A stretch of DNA of 64,000 bases. Origin: Piedraia hortae CBS 480.64 (taxonomy: Eukaryota). Where the stretch lies: contig MU006000.1 of the NCBI GenBank assembly GCA_010093745.1, positions 62,001 to 126,000 of the forward strand. Direction: 5' to 3'. The position numbers were made by a program, and so were the translations under genes. The notes beneath the pieces were generated by a model. That model did no database searches, was not told the origin of the DNA, and saw only the letters and a list, made by a program, of their open reading frames with translations. This document shows, piece by piece, positions 55,195 to 64,000 of this stretch; within the stretch, counting starts at the first letter, position 1; every line of letters begins with the position of its first letter.

Positions 55195-58100
55195 ATGGCT
55201 CACGCCGCAGGAGGAGAGACCAACGGGGCCAACGGTGATGGCTCGTCGCCTAGTTATTCTGCAAAACATCAGATCGCCTCTCATTTCATAGGGGGCAACG
55301 AGCTGTCCAAAGCTCCACCGAGCAAAATAAAGGATTTCGTGGCAGATCACGATGGCCACACGGTAATCACCAACGTAGGCAGCTCCCCACACAAGTCAAA
55401 GACCTGTGACAGCTGACATGATAGGTGCTCATTGCCAACAACGGCATTGCGGCTGTCAAAGAAATCCGATCGGTGAGGAAATGGGCATACGAGACGTTTG
55501 GCGATGAGCGAGCCATTCAGTTCACCGTCATGGCGACGCCTGAGGATCTTGCGGCCAACGCGGACTACATTCGGCTGGCGGACCAATACGTGGAGGTGCC
55601 GGGCGGAACGAACAACAACAACTACGCCAATGTAGAGCTTATCGTGGACGTTGCGGAGCGGATGAACGTACATGCGGTGTGGGCAGGCTGGGGACATGCG
55701 TCGGAGAACCCGAAGCTTCCCGAGTCTCTTGCTGCCTCGCCCAAGAAGATTGTCTTCATTGGACCGCCGGGGTCGGCCATGCGGTCGCTCGGCGACAAGA
55801 TTTCGTCGACCATTGTTGCCCAGCACGCCGGCGTGCCCTGCATTCCCTGGTCCGGTACGGGTGTGGACGAGGTCGAGGTGGACAAGCAGGGCATTGTGAC
55901 GGTGGCAGACAGTGTGTATGCCAAGGGATGCGTGACTTCGGTGCGAGAAGGGCTCGAGGCAGCGCGCCGCATTGGTTTCCCCGTCATGGTCAAGGCCTCG
56001 GAAGGCGGCGGCGGCAAGGGCATCCGCAAGGTGGAGCGCGAGGAGGATTTTGAGCAGCTCTACAAGGCGGCTGCGAGCGAAATCCCTGGCTCGCCCATCT
56101 TCATCATGAAGCTCGCCGGGAGCGCCCGCCATCTCGAAGTGCAGCTGTTGGCCGATCAGTATGGAAACAACATCTCCATCTTTGGCCGCGACTGCTCGGT
56201 TCAGCGTCGTCACCAGAAGATCATCGAGGAGGCTCCCGTCACCATTGCGAACCAAAGGACGTTCCAGCGCATGGCTGATGCTGCAGTTGCGCTCGGCCGG
56301 TTGGTGGGCTACGTGTCGGCCGGGACCGTGGAATATCTTTACTCCCATTCAGACGATCGCTTCTATTTCCTGGAGCTGAACCCTCGTCTCCAGGTCGAGC
56401 ATCCAACGACGGAGATGGTTTCTGGCGTCAACATTCCAGCTGCTCAGCTCATGGTAGCCATGGGAATTCCCCTCCACCGCATCCGTGACATCCGTTTGCT
56501 CTACGGCGCTGATCCCCATACCACAAGCGAGATTGATTTCAGCTTCAGCAAGGAAGACACCTCGCTAAAGCAGCGGCGACCGCAGCCAAAGGGCCACTGC
56601 ACAGCCTGTCGCATCACATCAGAAGACCCCGGCGAAGGCTTCAAGCCCTCTTCTGGCACGATGCACGAGCTCAATTTCCGCTCTTCATCCAACGTTTGGG
56701 GCTATTTCTCGGTCGGCGCAGCCTCGTCTATCCACAACTTCTCAGACTCGCAGTTTGGACACATTTTCGCCTATGGAGAGAACAGGCAGGCGTCGAGGAA
56801 GCACATGGTCGTGGCCCTCAAAGAGCTCAGCATTCGTGGTGACTTCCGCACCACGGTCGAGTATCTGATCAAGTTGCTGGAAACGCCCGCTTTTGAAGAG
56901 AACACGATCACGACCAGCTGGCTTGATGAGCTTATCAGCAAGCGTCTGACGGCCGAACGGCCCGATCCCATGGTTGCTGTTGTTTGCGGCGCTGTGACAC
57001 AGGCGCACATCAAGAGCGAGCAGTGTCTCAACGACTATCGGACAGGGCTCGAAAAGGGTCAGGTGCCCAGCAAGGACATCCTGCGCACCGTCTTTCCCAT
57101 TGAGTTCATCTACGAAGGGTACAAGTACAAGTTCACGGCCACGCGGTCAAGCAGCGACAGCTACACTTTGTTCATCAACGGCAGTCGTGCCCTTGTCGGC
57201 ATTCGGCCCCTGTCTGACGGCGGTCTGCTTGTCTTGCTTGGTGGTCGTTCGCACAACATTTACTGGAAAGAAGAGGTTGGGGCAATCCGTCTTTCAGTTG
57301 ATGGTAAGACATGTATGCTGGAGCAGGAAAACGACCCGACCCAGCTGCGCACGCCGTCTCCCGGCAAGCTCGTCAAGTATTCGGTGGAGAACGGCGAGCA
57401 TGTGAGCAAGGGACAGCCATTTGCTGAGGTGGAGGTGATGAAAATGTACATGCCGCTATTGGCCCAGGAAGACGGCGTGGTCAATCTGATCAAGCAACCG
57501 GGTGCCACGCTGGCCGCAGGTGACATTCTCGGAATCCTCGCCTTGGATGATCCCTCCAAAGTCAAGTCTGCTCAGCCATTCTTGGGCCAGCTGCCCGAAA
57601 TGGGCCCGCCCACGGTCCTTGGCACCAAACCCCCACAGCAGTTTGCCTATTTGTTCGGCGTCCTTCAGCATATCTTGCAGGGCTACGACAACCAAGCCAT
57701 CATGGCTCAGACGTTGGGCAGTCTGATTGAAGTGCTACGTGATTCAGAGCTGCCGTATGGCCAATGGAGCGCCCAAGCATCGGCTTTGCACTCCCGCATG
57801 CCGCAGAAGCTCGATGCAGCCCTTGAACAGATTGTTGAGCGAGCCCACGCTCGTCACAGCGAGTTTCCCGCGAAGCAGTTGAGCAAGGCGGTCGAGCGGT
57901 TTATGGCAGAGAACCTGTCAGCCGGCGATGCGGAGCTGCTTCGTACCCAGCTGGCCCCTTTGCGCGAGATAGTCGAGAAGTACTCCGAAGGCCTCAGGGC
58001 GCACGAGTTCTCGGTCATGGTGGACCTCTTTGAAGAGTACTACGCCGTCGAGAGCGTCTTCTCTGCGCGCCAAAACCGCGATGAAGAAGTCATCCTTGCC

Positions 58101-61100
58101 CTGCGTGATGTCAACAAGGACAAGGTTAGCAATGTGGTCCAGACGGTCCTGTCTCACACACGGGTCAACGCAAAGAACAATCTTATTGTTGCCATCTTGC
58201 AAGCCTATCGACCCAACCAGCCTGGCATCGGCAATGTCGCCAAGTATTTCCGCCCATCTTTGCATAAGTTGGCCGAACTCGAGGGCCGCCCAACAGCAAA
58301 GGTCGCCCTCAAGGCACGAAAATTGCTCATTCAGTGTGCCATGCCATCGCTTGAAGAACGCACGACTCAAATGGAGCACATCCTGCGCTCGGCCGTGCTC
58401 GAATCGAAGTATGGCGAGAGCGGCTTTGAACACCGCGAGCCCAACTTCGAGGTGATCAAAGAGGTGGTTGATTCCAGGTACACCGTCTTCGATGTGCTGC
58501 CTCACTTCTTCGTGCACTCGGACCCTTGGGTTTCGTTGGCCGCCCTCGAGGTCTACACTCGTCGGGCTTATCGTGCTTATCAGCTGACGTCGATCGACTA
58601 CATGACAACAGGCGATGTGCCCTACGTCTTGTCTTGGGGCTTTGCCCTCCGTAAGCTTGGCGAATCTGCTTTTGGCTTGCCCATCCAATCGTCGTTCCCT
58701 TCGGCGCCTGGCACGCCAGCTGCTGGTGGATTCTCTCGCGTGCATTCGCTTGGGGACTTTAGCTATCTAACCCGCGAGGGAACAGCCGGCAACGAAACTG
58801 TTAGGAGAGGTGCGGTCGTGCCCGTGAGCTTCATCGACGAGGCAGATGAATATCTCATGAAGGCGCTCGAGTGCTTCCCTGCTGGCGGCAAGTCCGAGAC
58901 AGACGGTTTGACGCCAGCTGCGCGTTCTCCTGGCAAACGCGCTTCCGGTACCACCAAAGCGCCCACATCCGATGAGTTGACGGCCGTGTGCAATGTCGCT
59001 GTCCGTGATGCAGAGAGCCTGGACGATGGCGAGATTCTGAGTCGACTTGTGCCAATCGTAAAGGAGCATCGGGATGAGCTGCTGTCTCGTCGCGTGCGCC
59101 GCCTCACATTCATCTGTGGTCACCGTGATGGCACTTACCCGGGCTACTATACCTTCCGAGGCCCGTCTTATGCTGAGGACGCCAGCATCCGGCACATTGA
59201 GCCTGCTCTGGCTTTCCAGCTGGAACTTGGGCGTCTGGCAAAGTTCAAGATCAGGCCCGTCTTCACGGAAAACCGCAACATTCACGTGTACGAGGCGGTT
59301 GGCAAGCAGGCGGAGAACGACAAGCGATACTTCACTCGGGCCATTGTGCGGTCTGGCCGTCTTCGCGAGGACATGCCCATGGCAGAGTACATGATTAGTG
59401 AGGCAGACAGGCTGATGAATGACATTATGGACGCTCTGGAGATTATTGGCAACAACGGATCCGATATGAACCACATCTTCATCAACTTCTCGCAGATGCT
59501 GCCGATGCAGCCGGAAGAGGTTGAGCAGGCATTGGCGGGCTTTCTGGACCGGTTCGGACGGCGCGCCTGGCGACTCCGCGTTACTGGTGCGGAGATCCGG
59601 ATTGTGTGCCAGGACGTCCAGGGCCAGCCATACCCCATCCGCGTCACGATCAACAACACGTCTGGCTTCGTCATCGACGTCGACCTGTACGAGGAGCGCA
59701 AGTCCGAGAAGACTGGTGAATGGTATTTTCACAGCATCGGCGGCTCAAACAAGACGGGCTCCATGCACCTGCGGCCTGTCAATACGCCCTACGAGACAAA
59801 GGGCGCCCTGCAGCCGAAGCGGTACAAGGCTCACATAATGGGCACGCAGTACGTGTACGACTTCCCCGAGCTGTTCCGCCAAGCAGTGGAGAACAGCTGG
59901 AAGGCGACGGTAGCTCAGCATCCAAGTCTGAAGGAGAAGCAGCCGAAGCAGGGCGAGTGCATCGAGTATAGCGAGCTCGTTCTCGATGAAAAGGAGAACC
60001 TGCAAGAAGTCAGTCGAGAGCCAGGCACCAATACGATTGGCATGGTTGGGTGGATCATCACGGCAAAAACGCCAGAGTATCCGCGTGGTCGACGCTTTAT
60101 TGTCATTGCCAACGACATCACGTTCAAGATTGGCAGCTTTGGGCCGCAGGAAGACAAGTTCTTCCACAAATGCTCACAGCTCGCCCGCTCTCTTGGCATT
60201 CCACGCGTGTATCTGTCGGCCAACTCGGGTGCACGTATCGGCATGGCAGAGGAGCTGCTGCCACACTTTTCGGTGGCTTGGAAGGACCCCAAACGGCCCG
60301 AAGCCGGGTTCGAGTATCTGTATCTGACGCCGGAGATGAAGGCGCGGTTCGAAGATGCATCCGTCAAGCACGTTTTGACGCAGCCAATGACCGTAGGCAA
60401 TGAGACACGCCATGTCATCACCACCATCGTCGGAGCCGAAGACGGACTTGGCGTAGAGTGCCTTAAGGGCTCTGGTCTCATTGCAGGAGAGACATCGCGG
60501 GCGTACGACGACATCTTCACAATCACGTTGGTGACGTGTCGTTCTGTTGGCATCGGCGCTTATCTTGTGCGTCTTGGACAGCGTGCGATCCAGATTGAGG
60601 GTCAGCCCATCATCCTGACGGGTGCTCCGGCCATCAATAAGCTGCTCGGGCGGGAGGTGTACACGTCTAACCTGCAGCTCGGAGGCACGCAAATCATGTA
60701 CCGCAACGGAGTCTCACACATGAAAGCCAACGACGATTTTGAGGGAGTGTCAAAGATTGTGCAATGGATGTCGTACGTGCCGGATCGCAAAGGCAATCCG
60801 GTGCCGATATCGCCATCAACCGATACGTGGGATCGTGAGGTCAAGTTCTTCCCTCCGCCACAAAAGGCGCCGTACGACGTGAGACACCTGATTGCTGGCC
60901 AGGAGACGGATGACGGGTTCTTGTACGGCCTCTTCGACCGTGGCTCGTTTGAGGAAACTCTTGGGGGATGGGCTCGGACGGTGGTTGTTGGCCGCGCACG
61001 TCTTGGCGGGATCCCCGTCGGCGTCATCGGTGTCGAGACGCGGGCAGTAGAGAACGTGTCGCCAGCGGATCCTGCCAATCCCGATTCGATTGAGCAAGTT

Positions 61101-62066
61101 ACCAACGAGGCTGGAGGCGTGTGGTATCCCAACAGCGCGTTCAAGACGGCCCAGGCGATTCGGGACTTCAACAAGGGCGAGCAACTCCCGCTCATGATCC
61201 TCGCCAACTGGCGCGGCTTCTCGGGAGGTCAGCGAGACATGTACAACGAAGTGCTCAAGTACGGCTCGTACATTGTCGACGCACTGGTGCGGTACGAGCA
61301 GCCCGTGTTCATCTACATCCCGCCTGGCGGTGAGCTTCGCGGTGGCTCTTGGGTCGTGGTCGATCCGACGATCAACCCGCAAATGATGGAAATGTATGCC
61401 GATGAGGAGTCTCGTGGTGGTGTCTTGGAGCCTGAGGGAATTGTTGGCATCAAGTACCGCAAGGAAAGACAGTTGGAGACGATGGCTCGGCTGGATGCGG
61501 TTTACGGCGAGCTCAAGCGACGTCTGCAAGACGAGAGCTTCAGTGCGGATGAGCGGTCTGAGGTGCAGGAGGAGATGAGTCAGCGTGAGGCGTTGCTGCT
61601 ACCAGTGTACCAGCAGATTGCGCTGCAGTACTCTGACCTGCATGACCGTGCTGGGCGTATGAAGGCCAAGAACGTTATCCGTTCGCCACTGTCGTGGGCA
61701 CAGTCGCGTCGCTTCTTTTACTGGCGTTTGAGGCGGCGGTTGAATGAGGAACAAGTACTCAAGCGAATGGCATCAAGCCAGTCCGAGGAGATCCAGGATC
61801 GTTCAGAAGACCTGGCGAGGTTGGCGGTGTGGTCTGGCATTGGCAAATTTGACAGCGACGACCGGGCGGTGGCTACGTGGTACGAAGATCACCGCAAGAC
61901 CATCGCGGACAAAATTGAGGAGATGAAGTCGGAGAAGGTTGCTTACGACGTAGCTTCGTTGTTGCGGAGCGACAAGCAGGGAGGGTTGAACGGAGTGGCC
62001 CAAGTGTTACGAATGCTGCCGGTGGAGGAAAAGGAAGAAGTTCTAAAATGGTTGACCAAGCCGTGA
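55195..62066 (+). CDS. ACC1: Acetyl-CoA carboxylase
   Basis: VLIANNGIAAVKEIRS (biotin carboxylase), KASEGGGGKGIR, EVMKM biotinylation motif, CT domains NSGARIG and NWRGFSGGQRDM. Single intron 55375-55424. Confidence 0.98.
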
Positions 62067-62157
62067 TTCAATTGTACAGTAGTATATACAGGCGCGTGTG
62101 CAGTTTGTCTTGTCCGACTAGTAGTTCACCTGTCACACATCTACAAGTCGATACAGC

Positions 62158-62160
<3 letters not shown>

Positions 62161-62222
<62 letters not shown>
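62161..62222. repeat. (GT)31 microsatellite
   Basis: Perfect dinucleotide run between ACC1 and CSN1. Confidence 0.98.
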
Positions 62223-62223
<1 letters not shown>

Positions 62224-62285
62224 GTTTGTGGGTTCGTGTAGGTATTTCCGCCGCACACATTACAAAGTTTGCACAACTCACCACA

Positions 62286-63722
62286 ATGACAGACGTAGAA
62301 TCATCAGCAAAGAAAGCGCGATCTCAAATGTCACGACCGTCGGGCGCCCCGAAAGGCCTCGACCTTCCAGCGCCGACATTTGAGTTGGAGAGTTGGGCCA
62401 AGAACTACCAGAGCGAGCCTAACGAGCAGCTGCTGGACACCAGGCCGCTGCTAATCCTCCGTCTATGTCGGGTAGCTCTGCACTGTCCTCAGCTGCGTCA
62501 GCAGGCGCTGAAAATGGCGCTGGCTACAGCATTAAGCGGAAGAGACCCCCAGCTCTACCAACGCGTTACGGGTCTGGCGTCGGAGTTGGGCTGCGAGGAT
62601 ATCAGCCAGGTTGACACGGAATGGATCGCACAGACGACATCTAACAACGTGCGCGAGATCGGAAGAAAAGAATCCGAGCTGCGCGGGTACAAGAACAACC
62701 TCATCCGGGAAAGCGTCCGGATGGGCCACGCAGACGTGGCTAAGGAGATTCTCGCCACCGGAGGCCTGTCGACAGAAACTCGGGGAAGTCAGTCGGGCTA
62801 CCAGGCTGCCTACGACGTATTTGGGTGCATGCGGGAGTCGTGCTCCACGCCATCCCATTTGATTTCAATGACCATCAAGATGATGTACGCGGCGTTGCTT
62901 ATATCCGCCTTTACCCCGTCTTCAACCACCGGAACCTGGACCTATGTGCAGACGCACGCATCCAAGCTGCAGACCACCAATGCCAAGACAGATGAGCAGC
63001 ACCAGGCCATGGCAGCCGGCGGCGTGGCGCTGGGACTCTGTCACTTGGCGCAAAAGAGCTATGAGGACGCAGCGCAGGCATTTGTCCAAACGTCGACGCG
63101 GTACATTAACATGGCACCGATCCACGAAGTAGACTTTTGCCATTCAATAGCCACAGCTAACGACGTGGCCGTCTATGGCGGTCTCTGCGCACTCGCCACC
63201 TTTAGCCGAGCCAAGTTGGCGGAAATGTTGAACGGTCCCTTTAGGCCCTTCCTGGAGCTGGAACCGCATGTGAGGAAGGCGATATCCCTCTTCACCACAG
63301 CCAAATACGAGATCTGTCTGCAATTGCTCGAACGATATCGTACGGACTGGAAGCTAGACCTCTGGCTCGGTGCAGGTGATAAGGACACCGAGTCCCGCGT
63401 CGACACTCTGTTCAAACTGATACGTCAGAAATGCGTGACCGAATACTGCCGCGTGTTTGAAGACGTCTCGTTATCCTCCCTAGAAGCAAAGTTCCCTCCC
63501 CCCGAAGGTGTGACAATGGCAGGCGAAATCGAAATGGCCATATTGGACGGACGCGTCGACGCAAAACTAGACCTCGTAAACGGCAGAGTCATCCGCAAGA
63601 AACTCAACCGACGCAATAAAGCCGTCGAAGACGCCCTAACCGAAGCAGCTGAAATCGAAAGAACAATGAGACTACGACTCCACCGCGTCAACGTCGCAAT
63701 TGCAGGGCTAGAAATTGTATGA
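62286..63722 (+). CDS. CSN1: COP9 signalosome subunit 1 (PCI)
   Basis: FELESWAKNY, ESELRGYKNNLIRESVRMG, ANDVAVYGGLCALATFSR, FRPFLELEPHVR. The real ATG is at 62286. Confidence 0.88.
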   Translation: MTDVESSAKKARSQMSRPSGAPKGLDLPAPTFELESWAKNYQSEPNEQLLDTRPLLILRLCRVALHCPQLRQQALKMALATALSGRDPQLYQRVTGLASELGCEDISQVDTEWIAQTTSNNVREIGRKESELRGYKNNLIRESVRMGHADVAKEILATGGLSTETRGSQSGYQAAYDVFGCMRESCSTPSHLISMTIKMMYAALLISAFTPSSTTGTWTYVQTHASKLQTTNAKTDEQHQAMAAGGVALGLCHLAQKSYEDAAQAFVQTSTRYINMAPIHEVDFCHSIATANDVAVYGGLCALATFSRAKLAEMLNGPFRPFLELEPHVRKAISLFTTAKYEICLQLLERYRTDWKLDLWLGAGDKDTESRVDTLFKLIRQKCVTEYCRVFEDVSLSSLEAKFPPPEGVTMAGEIEMAILDGRVDAKLDLVNGRVIRKKLNRRNKAVEDALTEAAEIERTMRLRLHRVNVAIAGLEIV

Positions 63723-63750
63723 TACAGACAGCAAGAAAAAAAAAAGAATC

Positions 63751-63999
63751 TCACAGTGCGCTCTCCCTTTTGGAAGCAAAATCCTTCCACCTCCTCCATC
63801 CATCAATATCAATCAGCGCTTGCATGCATCCCCACTCCTTGACCTTCCGCTCCAACCACACGAAATTAACAGGTTTGGTGAGGAAATCATTACACCCCGC
63901 CGCGAGCGCCTCGTGACGATCAGATTGTAAATTCGACGCCGTCAAAGCTACAATCGTAACGGGCGATTTGAACAATCCATCACCTTTGGGTAAGATATC
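63751..63999 (-). CDS. SSK1: Response regulator Ssk1/Mcs4, C-terminal end (rest outside window)
   Basis: SPVTIVALTAS...DRHEALAAGCNDFLTKPVNFVWLERKVKEWGCMQALID. Confidence 0.92.
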   Translation of the reverse strand, partial: DILPKGDGLFKSPVTIVALTASNLQSDRHEALAAGCNDFLTKPVNFVWLERKVKEWGCMQALIDIDGWRRWKDFASKRESAL

Positions 64000-64000
64000 T

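Noticed and set aside
55017..55238. Upstream non-AUG extension of ACC1 (mitochondrial isoform) or SPSPSP ORF
   Set aside because: An in-frame TGA at 55153-55155 blocks any extension; the ORF is in another frame and reflects the hexamer repeat.
55347..62003. Long antisense ORFs opposite ACC1 (also opposite ROM2, OCH1 and SPT8)
   Set aside because: Expected shadows of GC-rich codon usage on the coding strand.
62163..62285. CVCVCV N-terminus of the CSN1 ORF and the antisense THTHTH ORF
   Set aside because: Translation artefacts of the (GT)31 microsatellite; the real ATG is at 62286.
16093..63999. Functional cluster of stress/cell-wall genes (ROM2, OCH1, SHO1, SSK1) or lipid genes (RTA1, SLC1, ACC1)
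   Set aside because: The genes are dispersed among unrelated housekeeping genes, with no evidence beyond chance.

Overview
A gene-dense, intron-poor filamentous ascomycete region (Pezizomycotina; a Dothideomycete-like compact genome is my inference). Introns are almost all 43-51 nt and some stop-to-stop gaps are about 30 bp. There are about 23 protein genes, including a HAL/PTK-type kinase (partial), an Hrr1/ZNFX1 helicase, SPT8, a velvet-like protein, a Zn2Cys6 factor, an SRR1-domain protein, VMA11, ROM2, a CCDC130/Saf4 protein, OCH1, an arabinitol-type SDR, Pol eta, SHO1, an RTA1 protein, SLC1, mitoribosomal mS45, a WHI3/Scw1 protein, STRAP, nudE, ACC1, CSN1 and SSK1 (partial), plus tRNA-Gly(TCC). 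Three things stand out. (1) An unannotated ~1 kb minus-strand region (about 9375-10360) has the ordered hallmarks of a telomerase RNA and implies a non-TTAGGG 10-bp telomere repeat. (2) A box C/D snoRNA sits in the only long intron of a protein gene here, in mS45. (3) A ~10 kb nested transposon island can be reconstructed: a hAT element (TIRs, 8-bp TSD) interrupted by two solo LTRs and a full-length chromoviral Gypsy with 105-bp LTRs, next to a cognate MITE and a third solo LTR. A decayed kinase/coiled-coil/TM locus is also present. All calls were made by eye, with no database searches.
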